From Octopus vulgaris (taxonomy: Eukaryota): 64,000 nt of DNA. The notes under the pieces were generated by a model. That model was not told where the DNA came from. It was given only the letters and a program-made list of their open reading frames with translations, and searched no databases. This document shows, one piece after another, positions 44,560 to 60,843 of this stretch. The first letter of the stretch is position 1. Each line of letters opens with the position of its first letter. A program made the position numbers and the translations under genes. The stretch is taken from contig OX597819.1 in NCBI GenBank assembly GCA_951406725.2, forward strand, positions 13,950,001 through 14,014,000, in the 5' to 3' direction.

Positions 44560-44920
44560 TGATAGGAAGCTTACTTCCCAACCACATGGTTCTGGGTTCA
44601 GTCCTACTGTGTGGCACCTTGGGTAAAGTGTCTTCTTTAGCCTTGGGCCAACCAAAGCTTTGTGAGTGAATTTGGTAGATGGAAATTGAAAGAAGCAGAT
44701 TGTGTATGTGTGTGTGTTTGTGTGTGTGACTTTGTGTTTGTCTCACCATCACTTGACAACCAGTGTTGGTGTGTTTATGTCCCTATGACAGCAAAAGAGA
44801 CTGATAGAATAAGTACTAGGCTTAAAAAATAAGTCCTGAGATCGATTTGTTTGACTAAAACCCCCCAAGGCAATGCTCCAGCATGGCCGCAGTCAAATGG
44901 CTGAAACAAGTAGAAGAATA
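44560..44920 (+). mobile_element. SINE family A, CpG-decayed
   Basis: Consensus match. Confidence 0.85.
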
Positions 44921-45568
44921 AAAGAATATATTGGTTGTTGTTGTTGCTGTTGTTTTAGTTTCCCATTAGCTGTCATCCAACAGCTCAATGACTGTTCCAG
45001 ACATGACTGTCCCATCATTCATTTTTTTTTTACACCATTCAGTGTATCCAGAAATACAATATCCAGTATAACCTTTTGAGGGAGATTTAGCTACTATTTA
45101 TAGCTTGTTGAGTGGCCATATAGAGGGTCTTCTTTCATTGGCTTGTGAAGTTGGTGTTTGAAGCATAAATTAACATTATTGTTCTGACATGAAATTTACA
45201 AAGGATTGCTTGAGTTTAAACATGAGCAATTTAAAATGACCGGTTTTATATTGTAATGGCAGTTTCGGGAGATCTGTGAATGATATCCTTTGATCAATAT
45301 TGAACCAGTAGTAAAATTTTGGCTGGCAATCTTTGACATTCTCTGAAAGGATACAGCAAGCAGTGGGTGGTGTCATTTCCATTCATTGTCCTCCTCTTTG
45401 TACATCCAAATGTCATATCTAATGGAGGTAGTCTTGCAGACTCTTCGTACCTACTGTTTCTATGTAGGATTGTTGTTGGGCTGATAATTGCTTCTGCTCA
45501 GCAGTGACCATTCCATCATATTTTTATGTTGTATGTTGGTGTATTTAGGGTTATGTTATATGTTATCC

Positions 45569-45941
45569 GTGGAGGCGCAATGGCCCAGTGGTTAGGGCAG
45601 CAGACTCGCGGTCATAGGATCACGGTTTCGATTCCCAGACCGGGTGTTGTGAGTGTTTATTGAGCGAAAACACCTAAAGCTCCACGAGGCTCCGGCAGGG
45701 GATGGTGGTGATCCCTGCTGTACTCTTTCACCACAACTTTCTCTCACTCTTCCTGTTTCTGTTGTACCTGTATTTCAAAGGGCCGGCCTTGTCACTCTCT
45801 GTGTCACGCTGAATATCCCCGAGAACTACGTTAAGGGTACACGTGTCTGTGGAGTGCTCAGCCAATTTCACGAGCAGGCTGTTCCGTTGATTCGGATCAA
45901 CCGGAACCCTCGTCGTCGTAACCAACGGAGTGCTTGCAAAA
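45569..45941 (+). mobile_element. SINE family C
   Basis: 16-bp TSD ATGTTATATGTTATCC. Confidence 0.92.
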
Positions 45942-46330
45942 ATGTTATATGTTATCCAGTGTGTCTTCACTGTATTTAAAACAGATTCATTTAAAGGTGA
46001 TTTGGCTGCTGTTTCTAGCAGATCGATCAACCGTGTAAAGTTAGTGTCCTTGACATGAGTTGTTTGTTTAATGTTGTTGTTATTGGTTTGCTTCATGTCT
46101 ACCCTGATTAAACACTGTTACATAATATATTCCAGCTGTGACCATTGAGTTTTTCTGTGTGTGTGCGCATCAGACAGTATGATCCTTGGCAGCAATTCAG
46201 GGGCTGCTGTTTCTAGCAAATTAGACTTCCTTGTTGTGCCAGGGGATTTCCAAATGGGTTGTGATGGTGTTCTTTTGGAAATGTTGTCACCATTTTTGAC
46301 ATATGTGAGTGTTTGTACTTGTTTAAAATA

Positions 46331-46392
<62 letters not shown>

Positions 46393-46862
46393 GTGTGTGT
46401 GTATTTACATATATATTTGGGTGTGTGATTCAATTACATGTGCTTTCATTGCACCTTGTGTGTGGGCATGCTAGATTTATTGCAGTGTTGCTGTGTGTTG
46501 GTAGGTGTGTCTCTGTGTGTTCTACTTTTTTTATGGAGTGTCACTATAGCGCGCGCGTGTGTGTGTGTGTGTGTGTGTTGCTCCAGGTCATCTCAGATCA
46601 AGCAGACGTGTGTGTGTGTGTGTATGATAGCAGATGTGTGTTGTTATGTGTCTGCTGCATGTGTTTTTGTGCTCCATGTATGCCGCCGGCAGCCGTTTGC
46701 TAGTAATAGTTGTTGGTAATGTCACTGCTGTGTTTGTGTTTTAGTTTGGTGGGGTGGGTGGGTGGGGCGGGAGTGGGGTGGGGGGTGAGGGTGGGGGTGG
46801 GGGAAAGAGACAGGGATAGCAAATCCTGTCTGTATATCTGTGGTTTTATCATGTGATTTTAT

Positions 46863-46913
<51 letters not shown>

Positions 46914-47221
46914 CCCTGGTAGAGTGTTGAGTGTGTTTAGATATTATAGTTGGCAGGTCTATTGTTTCTGCAACAGCTATACATGTATATGTATACACAC
47001 ATGCATACTGAATGCAGATATAACGTTGCACCATTGCACGCATGCACAAAAATACACACACATTCACTCACGACACTTACGCATAGATACATATACAACA
47101 TGTATATACACACAATTTTGCTGTACTATACATTATTCTAACACATTGCTAATGAAGTGTGCATAATATGTGCAGGTGCAATAATGAGGTGGGGCATTGC
47201 TTCATTCCAACATACTGACTA

Positions 47222-47588
47222 CTGTGTGTGCGTGTATGTATGTATATATATATATATGTGTGTGTGTGTATGTATATATGTGTGTGTGTGTGTATGTATA
47301 TATGTGTGTGTGTATGTATATATGTGTGTGTGTGTGTGTATATATATGTGTGTGTGTGTATGTATATATGTGTGTGTGTATGTATATATGTGTGTGTGTG
47401 CGTATGTATATATATGTGTGTGTGTGTATGTATATATGTGTGTGTGTGTATGTATGTGTGTGTGTGCGTATGTATATATGTGTGTGTGTGTGTATATATA
47501 TGTGTGTGTGTGTGTGTATGTATATATATGTGTGTGTGTGTGTATGTATATATATATGTGTGTGTGTGTGTATGTATATATATATATG

Positions 47589-47636
<48 letters not shown>

Positions 47637-47822
47637 ATGTTGTATATCACTTAATACCAGTTCAGTGACCATTATATACGTGTGTGTATATGTATATATG
47701 TCTATATATGTATGTGTCTATATTCATACATATATATGCACATCTGTGTGGGTATTTATATACATGTGTATATATAGATATGTACACATGCATATATGCA
47801 CACATGTGAATATATACACTCA

Positions 47823-47862
<40 letters not shown>

Positions 47863-47870
47863 CACACACA
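47222..47870. repeat. Compound (TG)n(TA)n microsatellite with higher-order unit
   Basis: Directly visible. Confidence 0.9.
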
Positions 47871-47879
47871 CTGATACAA

Positions 47880-48810
47880 TTTAGCAAAAACAAAGTTTCA
47901 GCTGGTAATGGGAAAGGAAACGGGCCCCTACAGCTATCCAGGCAGTGTCCTTGTTCAATATGCTGGAAACAAATTGATAACACTTCCATGCAACATATCC
48001 AATATGAACTTTGGATTTATCATGGATGTAGTGGAATCAGAGACAGGCTGACTGAGAAGGGAGACTTCATATATGTTAGATACAGAGGAGAAATTAGTAG
48101 TAAGATGGCTCCCATTAAATCTCTCTCTATATATAAAGCTGAAGTTGTCTGTGTATGGCAGGTTTGGTAGCCTTCAACTAACACTATCTCCTCCAAGACC
48201 CTGCGACACAAGTTGACCAAAATTGAGAGTATGATAGAAGAAGGCTTGCTCTTCCTTCCGTAGAAGAAAAAATTCAAATCGGACCATGTTAACACCAAAA
48301 ATTATTTACATCAATAAGGTGCTTTTTTTCTATGAAAATCCCTATTTTTTACGATTTGTTGACTGCTGTGTCGCCATTTTTCGGTGTATTTCAACCAGAA
48401 AAATGTTCACTTAAAGAGAATAACAAGCTACATAATGCAAAATTTTTACTTTTCAAAAATTCCAATTCTAAAGGGTCAAAACAAACCCGAGCAACGCCAG
48501 GCGATACTGCTAGTATATTTCTATAAATGCTCCAAAGGCTACATAAAAGTTAATAATTTCTGTTGCTTAGCTGACCTGAAGTACCCTAGAAGTGTGTGAT
48601 GTGAAAGCATAGCAGCTAGATTCAGGACAGTGTGGAGAAAGTTCAGGGAGCTGTTACCCCTGTTGGCAATGAAGGAATTCTCTCTCACACTCTCTTCATG
48701 CAAAGGGTCGGCTGTATGATGTTTGTGTATGGAGTGTGATGCAGCTTTGTAGTGAAACATAACTACTGTATATGGAGGATATGCAAAGACTGGAAAGAAG
48801 TGAAACGAGG
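47880..48810 (+). mobile_element. Decayed RTE-clade LINE fragment, interrupted by a Helitron
   Basis: PCSICWK...LWIYHGCSGIRDRL (Cys-rich insert) and SIAARFRTVWRKFRELLPLL...KGRLY. Confidence 0.7.
48120..48513 (+). mobile_element. Non-autonomous Helitron
   Basis: TC...TATATAAAG start; CCCGAGCAACGCCAGGCGATACTGCTAG|T end. Confidence 0.85.
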
Positions 48811-49020
48811 AAGTTATAGGCTGCTAGAAATATCAACTGCTGCAGCAATGTCGTCGTGACATTGTAACATTTCCTCACCATATATTTCCAGAGAAACACT
48901 ATGGCTACGCTTTTGTTAATGAGTATTTCATTGATGGAGAAAATGCTTAATAAATACCAAAAGAATTCTCAGGTCTTCAGTTTTATGATTGTGGAACTCA
49001 TCACACACACACACATATAT

Positions 49021-51535
<2,515 letters not shown>

Positions 51536-53940
51536 TACTAAAACATTATCCTTGTTTACCATCTGCCTTCCATGCTGGCATGGGTGGGATAGTTTGACAA
51601 GAGCTGGCCAGGCAGAAGCCTGTATCAGACTTCTGTAACTGATTTGGCAGGATTTTACCGCTGGATGCCCTTCCTAACACTAACCACTCAGCAGATATGT
51701 ATGTGTGTATATATATATATACACAGACATATAGTAAGAAAAGGGAGGAAGAGAATTTTGATTATCGCCTCATGGTGAGTTGTAATGCAAAAAAAATATA
51801 TATATATAGTAAAAGGAAAATGCATGCAGTTTACATAGTTTTAATATATTTTAAATAAAAGAGTATTGTGGTTGTCGACTGGTTTCACTTTTGCTAATCA
51901 TAACATTGAAATTATTGTGATTTTGTATTTTTTAAGAAGTTTTTAGTCTATGTTCTTATATGAAAGTTTGAATGAATCAACGAATTATTATTATTATTAT
52001 TATTATATATTTTATATATATGTGTGTGTGTGTGTGAGTGAATGTGTTAATGCCTCCTTGTGTTTACTTCTTGTGATCGTTGTGAATGAGCATCATTGTC
52101 ATACAAGCATTGTTGTTTGTTCTTTTATGAAAAAAAACCATATTTGGCCAAGGGGTATTATTTATCTTACTTGGAAATAGGTATGTATTGGCAGCAGGAA
52201 GGACATCAGCTGCAGAAAATCTATCTCGGCAAATTCCATCTGACCCATGCTTGCATGAAAAAATGAATGTTAAAATGATGATGATGAAGATGATGATGAT
52301 GATGATGGGTGTGTGTGTGTAATGTCATTTTACATGATACCAATATTATTGCTCAATGTATTTGTGTGAATGAAACGTTAGCATGTTATTCATCATCTAC
52401 CACCCTCATTTTGTCTCGCATATCACTATGTCCATTTATTATTACTTTGTCTCTTTCATCACGATGCCTGTGTAATGAAGTATGGCTTTGTTTCTGATCA
52501 TATTCAATCTCCACTACTATCACTCTTCTCTATTATTAGCCATTTCGCAATCTCATCTTTTTTTCTCTCTATCACATTCTTGCTCTTTTCACTCTGGTTC
52601 TCCATTCTTACTTTCTCTTCTCTCGCACCCGCAACCTGGTTGTCTCTCTGTCATCATTTTCTCTTCTCTCGCCCCTGCCTCCCTTATGTTCCATTGAACA
52701 GAGACAACTGATGGCTGGGAGGACTCTATAGTCCAGGACAGAGCCACCACTCTGATGTTGGTGCCAAAATAAAATACCTCCTGTATACTCTGTAAAATTG
52801 GATGGTGTGAGGAAGGATATTCAGCCATAGAATCCATGCCACAAAGAAAGATGGCTGTAGGATATGGTCCCCCAATCCATGTAGAGGATGAGAGCAATAA
52901 TTCTAAATAAGTAGTATGGGGGCATGTGCTGACGTCGAGTCTAGGAAGAGGTGAGCTTTTGTAGCTGACGGGTAGGCTCAAATGCTTGTTTGGAACAGAC
53001 TGTCTCACATGATTTATTTGCAGGTTGTGATTGGTTAGGTTGCATATTGGCACATGATAGAGTATGATTCAAGTTGCACCAATATGAACCAATCGGAGTG
53101 GTAGTCACAACAGGGTCCACAACAGCGCCCAAAGGCTAGTTGTTACCTGCTACATTCATATGTACTTAATATGAGAGAGGAAGCTCACTAGAGTTTGCTA
53201 CACTGTCTACCAAATTCACTCACAAGGCTTTGGTCAGACTTAGGCTATAGTAGAAGACACTTGACCAAGGTGCCTCACGGTGGGACTGAACCCAAAACCA
53301 TGTGGTTGGTAAGCAAGCTTCTTACTACACAGCCGTGCCTGTGCCTTCCCTTGTAATGTTGACTTACAATTTAATTCCAAGATGTTACCCATTATACAAG
53401 TGTGTGGGTGTGTGTTACATAATTCGGATGCATCATAAAAGCTATACAATCCATATTAATGATTTCTTTTAAACTTTTGTTTTTCAGTTGACAGTTGTGT
53501 TTGAAGATAAATACATAAATAAACAAACAAACTATTGATTGTTTAACTAAATACAAACTGTTTTTTTATTGAACCTATCCACAGTGGTTTGACAGCATCG
53601 ATTTCTTCTTTCCTCCCTTCCCCCCTTCCCGCCTCCCACCACCCCTGTTTCGATATGAATTTATGAAGAAACATCTTCTTTCCTTAGAAGATATGTGACA
53701 TCGTAAGATCAACCGAGGAAATATTTGAATTTGTAATATCACATACTTCTTAGCTTCCAACAAAAAGCATTCCAGCTAGAATCACCTCATATCATCATTA
53801 TCATCATCATCATTATCAGTTTACCATCCACTTTGCCATACTTGCATTTGTCAGACAGAATTTGTTGAGCCAAATTTTTCTATGGTCAGATGCCATTCCT
53901 GTCACCAACCTTCACCTGTTTCCAAACAAGGTAATGTTTC

Positions 53941-54135
53941 AGTTCTATATTTAAGAGATGAGGAATTATGTACATTATTTACATTTGACGGATATTTGTC
54001 CCTCATCTTGTTTGTTGTTAACACAACACTTCGGCTGATATACCTGATGATGGCTGGAGGGTATATCAGCCGAAACATTGTGTTAACAACAAACAAGATG
54101 AGGACAAATATTCATCGAATGTAAATAATGTAAAT
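53941..54135. mobile_element. Short fold-back hammerhead element, same family as 32844-33275
   Basis: 13-bp TSD AAGGTAATGTTTC; CTGATGA-T-GGCTG...CAGCC-GAAAC at 54044-54076. Confidence 0.85.
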
Positions 54136-54467
54136 AAGGTAATGTTTCTGCATGACCAAACATATATTTTCAGGTTTACGAAAGGTTTTTTACTGGTATT
54201 TAATAGAAAATATGGCCTGATTGTATAGACCTGAGCTAAGGCAGTCCAGCTATGATCATCTCATCACTCCTTCCACTGACATAAGAGCACTTAGGGTTAT
54301 ATTATCCATTGTAAAGTTACACTTTTTCATAGAAAAGAGAGGTTTGAGGAAGATTTGACAGTTATGTCTTGCAGGTCAAGTAACTTCATAAAGTCTCCTC
54401 TGTTGATTTGATATAGGGTATGTGATGGGATAATAAAATGGCTGGGATCAGGCCTTTTTAATTTCTG

Positions 54468-54505
<38 letters not shown>

Positions 54506-54604
54506 TGTGTGTGTGTGTGTGTGTTTCTGCTTTCAGAAGCATTTCATGAAATGTGATGGAAGAGAAGGTTTGCCAAGTGATGGTTTCAAAACTTTTAGTG
54601 TTCT

Positions 54605-55590
54605 ACTTGTTGTTTCACTCCAGGTCAGTACTGACTGAGCAAGACTATGATCAACAGACATTTCAGCCATGACCATCCTGCCCTTTTTGACTTTTCACAT
54701 GCAGTCTATCTTGGACTACATTATTCAATATACCCGGTTTTTTTTTTAAAAAAAAAGGTGGTAAGGTGTGATTTCAGGAAAATTTGATTGCTTTTTCTAG
54801 CAGTTCAAACAACCACATAGAAACCCCTTTATTTTGCTGTTGTTATATTTGATGTTGCTTAGCCCCAGGTCAGCACTGACTGACCAAACTTATGACCAAA
54901 GGCATTCCAACCATGACTATTCCATCATTCTCTTGAACATTGTATATCTTGAATAGTCATGGTTGGAATGCCTTTGATCATAAGTTTGGTCTGTCAGTGC
55001 TGACCTGGGGCTCAGTATAATTCTTCTTTTATGAGTAGGGTATAATTTGAGGAAGATTTGGCTACTATTTCTAACAGTTCATATAGAGACCTCCTCATTG
55101 GCTCAAAAACTTGTAGTTTTTCCAGTATTATATTGCGAAGTCTTTTGCCAAGTTGAAAGACTGCCAGAGATTCAAAGTATCTTCATCTGACTTGCAGCTC
55201 TGTCTCCTGTTTCTACAATTCTATTTATTTTGCTATTATTACATAAAATTCATGAAACAACACACTACCAACAGTAGAGCACCAGGCTAAATGATGTACA
55301 GCAGTTGATAGGGTTCCATCTCTCTACATTGTGAGTTCAAATCTCACCAGGGTTAGACTTTTGTGTTCCATCCTTATGTACAAGCCAATTCAGTCACTAG
55401 AAATAATAACTAAGCCTTTCTCATATCACCTCCTGTAGTCTCAAACATAGAAGGCCACATTGAATAATGCAGTCTGAGATAGACTGTGTCTGGAGAAAAA
55501 TAACATGTTCACAGCTTCGATGCCTTTGAACATTGGGTCTACTTGATCAAAGGGAGCTGCCCTGGGGCTGGGGTAAACAGCAATAACAAT
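54605..55590. repeat. Tandem and inverted copies of an ancient ~230-bp repeat (family E)
   Basis: Motifs CCCAGGTCAG..GATCAAAGGCATTCCARCCATGACC and GAGATTTGGCTGCTATTTCTAGCAG recur throughout the window. Confidence 0.75.
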
Positions 55591-56330
55591 GGCTGATAGT
55601 CGTTGATGTTGGAGTCAGCAGAGTCACGGATCACCCAGCCACAGATGAAGTGCTGAAGATTCATATCTAGCTCCATGTGCTGTGAAGCAGCTACAGCCAA
55701 GATATTTCTCTCTCACTGTCTCAGTCTTTATAGCTCTAAATAAGTTCCATAAGGAGGTACAATTTACTGGTTTCAACAGTGAGAGTTCATTATGTGCTAA
55801 GGAATGGTTTCATTGTTTGGTGAACAAAATTTAACCCAGTCCCAGCTCGAAGCCCCCTGTCTGTAGTCTCCTAACAACTTGTGTTTCTATTCAAGTTTTG
55901 ATTCTGTACATCAATAGCTTGTGGTGCCTTAAATTCACAAAATACTATTTCATGTTAAACTCATTGTCTTTCATACTTGAGAAATTACCAAGAAGACGTG
56001 TGTGTGCGCGCGTATATGCATGTGTGTGTGTGCGGATGCAGTTGTCAGATCTATGACGAAAGGCATTTCAGCCATTGCTTCTCTGTTGTTTTAGAATACA
56101 ACAATCCCTTGACTATCATGGGTGGTTATGTTCCAAAACCCCTGCGTAGGTGAAAATAGGCAAAGTCAAAACAGTACTGTATCATCATTGCTTAACGTCT
56201 GTTTTCCATACTAGCATGGGTTGGACGGTTCAACCGGAGTCTGGGAAGCCAGGAGGCTGCACCAGGTTCCAGTCTGATCTGGCAGTATTTCTACAGCTTG
56301 ATGCCCTTCCTAACACCAACAAAATGTGTG

Positions 56331-56445
56331 ATGCTTACAGCACCTAGGTTTCCCAAGCGGTCACCCATCTAAGTACTAACTAGGCTCGATGTTGCTTAAC
56401 TCTGGTGATCGGACGAGAACCGGTGCTTTCAACATGATATGGCCG
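56331..56445 (-). pseudogene. 5S rRNA copy lacking the first ~5 nt
   Basis: Minus strand CGGCCATATCATGTTGAAAGCACCGGTTCTCGTCCGATCACC...AGTTAAGC (A box)...AGTACTTAGATGGGTGACCGCTTGGGAA (C box)...GTGCTGTAAGC. Confidence 0.93.
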
Positions 56446-56843
56446 CTCTTTTACTTGTTTCAGTCATTTGACTGCGGCCATGCTGGAGCACCGCCTTTAG
56501 TCAAGCAAATCGACCCCGGGACTTATTCTTTGTAAGCCCAGTACTTATTCTATCGGTCCCTTTTGCCGAACCGCTAAGTGACGAGGACGTAAACACACCA
56601 GCATCAGTTGTCAAACAATACTAGGGGGACAAACACAGACACACAAACACACACATACATATATATATATATACATATATACGACAGGCTTCTTTCAGTT
56701 TCCGTCTACCAAATCCACTCACAAGGCATTGGTCGGCCCGGGGCTATAGCAGAAGACACTTGCCCAAGATGCCACGCAGTGGGACTGAACCCGCAATTAT
56801 GTGGTTGGTTAGCAAGCTACTTACCACACAGCCACTCCTGCGC
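56446..56843 (-). mobile_element. SINE family A, young full-length copy fused to the 5S sequence
   Basis: Consensus match; tail GTAAAAGAG abuts the 5S. Confidence 0.92.
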
Positions 56844-59024
56844 CTTATTATTACTTTTATAATTTGTATATATTTATTTTATTTTAAATGCAAAACAACA
56901 CCATGGAGGAATTGATGTAAGCTTAAATGATAATCTGGGATAAGTGAACCACGATATGGCTAGGGATTACTGTATGTCTGCCATTCCATTATCCAATCTG
57001 TCTTTTACCTTAAGATATTTTGAGGTAGATTTAGCTGCTAATTCTTGTTGGTCAAGCTACCATACAGAGGTTTTTCCATTGGATTATGTTTTTGTTTATG
57101 TTTAGTGTCACATCAGCTCTGATCCAGATGTTCTAGCCATGACCATCCTGTTGAGTTTTTTTTCTTTTCTTCTTTTAGAACTCTTTTTTTAAAGACAAAG
57201 TATATAATTTGAGGGAGATTTGGTTGCTATTTTCACCAAGAGACTTCATAGAGGTTTCGTCATTGTACGTTTGAGTGTGTGTGAAAAATTAAATAACCCA
57301 AAACGAAAGTATTGTCTGACAAGTTTCTATATTTAACGGTGAATTTTGGGTGAAATAGCTTCCCAGTTTGGGAAGAAATTCCTGGACCTCCCCCTTCATC
57401 CTTTCATCATGCCATTTATAAACATAGTTACACTTTAATAGTAGGCATCATCCATCCGACTATGACTCAAAGATATATGGCAGAAATATAGCCACAACTT
57501 GGAGCACAAACCAACAACTACAACATCAACAACAACACCACAAGTAACAATTTATGTTTTTTTTAAGACCTTTTGTGGTGACATTATCAATTTTCATTCA
57601 GTTTGATTCCCAGGAAATGCTAGTTATTTGTCTGTAAAAATAGAGAATAAAAATAAATAGAAATGTTCTAAAGGCTTTTGTATTTAACATTTTGACACTA
57701 AATATGCTGCAGAGATATATCTTCGCATTACAATAGAGAGAAAGAGAAAGAAAACCAGGCTTGGCTTCTGCGGCCTCTCTTGCAGCTTCTCTTTTTTTCT
57801 CTATTTTTTGTTTTCTTTTCTAATGGTTTCTTTGGAAAAAGCTGAATATTTTCTATTACTATGTTTGTGGTGTGTGTGTGTGTGTGTGTATGAGGAGTAG
57901 ATAGACAGCCGACAACTGATGAAGGGTCGTTCTTTATGTTACTCGTCCTGTTTTCGTGTTTTCAATTTTCCCTCATTGTTTGTGTATTGAACTCATTTGT
58001 TTTCGTATTTCATGTTGTTTACTGATGGTGACGTCCTGTACCCATATAAACTGGAGCCTGATGCAGCTGCTGACTCTCCAGACCTCAGTCAAACCATCCA
58101 ACCCATGCCAGCATGGAAAACGGACGTTAAATGATGATGATAATGATAATATATATATATTATTTATATTATTATATATTATGTGTATATATATATATAA
58201 AATCATCATTTACCGTTTGTCTGCCATACTGGCATGGGTTGGATGGTTCGACAAGATCCACTGGGTCAGAGGACTGTGTTGGGCTCCACTGTTTGCTTTA
58301 GCAAGGTTCCTATGGCTGGATGCCCTACCTAATCCCATCCAATCATTTTACAGAGTTTATTGGGTGCCTTTTTATTATGACACCAGCACCACTGAGGTTG
58401 CTGGATAATTTGCAAGACAAAGAACATAAGAAAAGCTCCCTTGATTGAATAGAAGTGCAGTAGAGAGGGAGGTGGCTTTAAGTCAGATAGTTGTGGGAAG
58501 CTAAACTATGAGAGAGGGACAGGAACAGGTGGCCTACTGTAGAGAAAATAAATGGCTACTTCACTTGATATAGGATTGGAGAAAGTTGCTGGAAAGAAGA
58601 TGGTGGTGACTAGGTGTCAGAGCATACTCTCAAGCTACAAGAATGTGAATGTAAGGGACAATACAGACAGAGGATCAGGAGGAGTCAGTGAATAAGTTTA
58701 TTGGTCTAAGAGGAGAGCGACAAGTGGTTAGAAATGAGGGCAGAGGTTAATGTAGTGAATATTGTGCAAGGGTGGAGGTGGAGTCAAAGGCAGAAATCAA
58801 AATATCAGCAAGGAGTGTGGAGTATGTAAAAGAAATACTTCAGGAGAAAGTGAGTGATAAGTGACAATACAGGAAGGGAGTGTAGAGGGCAGCCATCTAA
58901 TAAACCCCGTGAATCAGAAAATAAGGTGATAATGTGTGGGGCTGGGACAGTATAATGATTGGGGTGGGGAGACATGTACAAGGACAGATTTGTGTGTTGT
59001 GTAAAATATTAACAAAAGGTGATG

Positions 59025-59885
59025 GAATGGCTGTGTGGTAAGTAGCTTGGTTACCAACCACATGGTTCTGGGTTCAGTCCCACTGTGTGGCACCTTCTGC
59101 TATAGTCTCGGGCTGACCAAAGCCTTGTGAGTGGATTTGGTAGACGGAAACTGAAAGAAGACCATTGTGTATACATACATACATACATATCATCATCATC
59201 ATCATCATCATCGTTTAACGTCCGCTTTCCGCGCTAGCACGGGTTGGACGGTTTGACCGGGTCTGGGAAGCCAGGGGCCGCTCCAGGCTCCAGTCTGAAT
59301 CTGGCAGAGTTTCTACGGCTGGATGCCCTTCCTAACGCCAACCACTCCGTGAGTGGATTGGGTGCTTTACGTGCCACCTGCACAGGGGCCAGAGGGTCCG
59401 GCATCGTCACGATCGGTTCGAGCATTTTAACGTGTCAGCGGCACGGGGGCAACGAGGTCCGGGGTACTTTGGGGATCGGGGTACTTTGGAGATCTAGGGT
59501 ACTTTGGGGATCCGGGGTACTTAGAATGGGTAGGGGGTATGTGGAATTGCTGCAGAAAGCAGCCCGGGTCTTTGTAGTCACAGCATATCTCCAGAGATCT
59601 CGGTCCTTCGCCATTGCCTCAGTGAGGCCCAATGCTCTGAGGTCATATATATATATATATATGTATGTATATTTTATGTGTCTATGTTTGTTCTCCACTA
59701 TCACTTGACAACTGATGTTGGTGTGTCTATGTCCCCCTGTAACTTAGCAGTTTGGCAAAAGAGATCGATATAATAAGTATTAGGCTTACAAAGAATAAGT
59801 TCAGGGGTTGATATATTCAACTAAAAGGCTGTACTCCAGCATGGCTACTGTCAAATGACTGAAACAAATAAAAGAGTAAAAGAGT
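59025..59885 (+). mobile_element. SINE family A interrupted in its internal microsatellite by an RTE 3' end
   Basis: Halves 59025-59165 and 59670-59885. Confidence 0.85.
59190..59646 (-). mobile_element. 5'-truncated RTE LINE 3' end (ORF C-terminus, UTR, (GAT)n tail)
   Basis: DLRALGLTEAMAKDRDLWRYAV; short GGGTACTTTGG tandem in the UTR; (ATC)n on the + strand. Confidence 0.85.
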
Positions 59886-60611
59886 AATCCGTATATCATG
59901 CTTAAGGCAGATATACTGTTGAAAGCCTGCTAAACTGTAATATTTGTTTCAAGAGAGTGTCCTGTGGAGAGGTATAGTGATAAAAAGCACAGAAATATAT
60001 GAGAAGCAGATGAAAATCATCCAGAAGCAGTGGTGACATTGCTAAACATGTATTTCTACTTCTTTGGGCTTCATCAGCAGTAAATATTCACTAGCCACCA
60101 CATGCTAAGAGAAATTTAGCCTCTACTGATGTAGAAAAACAGTGACTGAAAAACCTCTGATGTCACAATTAGCTCTCAGACTGAATGAGAATTTACGTGC
60201 AACAGAAGCAGTATTAGTTTAAAATAGCAACCTGTATATCATACTTAAAACAGAAAAATCATTGAAAACCTGAATGCCACCACCACCAGTCCTGCTGGAC
60301 AATTTTCATCTACTACTGATAGATTTCTGTGTTTTTTTTAACTGAATACATGTATAACAGATGTTTTCTTGCAATTTAGCCACTGGTCAATGGCTGGTTG
60401 ACAGCTTCAATGATATATTGTAAAGCTTGAACTTCCCTTAACTCTGTGGAACACCTGCTAGAATTATATGGATTTTACCAGAACTCCATTGTTTTATTTT
60501 CTTTGTAGCACGTAAATGTTGTTTAACCCCTGGTTAGTTCTGATCAAGTAAGCCTATGATCAAAGACATTCCATTGATGACCATCACACCTTTTATTCAA
60601 ACATAATGTAT

Positions 60612-60843
60612 CTATTTCTTTACTACCCACAAGGGGCTAAACACAGAGAGGACAAACAAGGACTGACGAACGCATTAAGTCAATTACATCGACCCCAGTG
60701 CGTAACTGGTGCTTAATTTATCGACCCCGAAAGGATGAAAGGCAAAGTCGACCTCGGTGGAATTTGAACTCAAAATGCAGCGGTGGATGAAATACCACAA
60801 AGCATTTCGCCCAGCGTGCTAATGATTCTGCCAGCTCGCCGCC
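60612..60843 (-). mobile_element. SINE family B
   Basis: Long TSD TTATTCAAACATAATGTAT(CTAT) at 60593 and 60844. Confidence 0.92.

Larger units (their letters stand above)
56100..56972 (+). mobile_element. Tigger-like MITE (as 18302-18532) split by a chimeric retro-insertion at ~56181-56843
   Basis: Left and right halves collinear with the intact copy, CpG-decayed. Confidence 0.75.

Noticed and set aside
56331-56445. Functional 5S rRNA gene
   Set aside because: 5' end missing, solitary, and embedded in nested transposons
60050-60080. Minus-strand CTGATGA...GAAA hammerhead-like words (also CTGATGA at ~57914 on the + strand)
   Set aside because: Stems II and I cannot be formed convincingly
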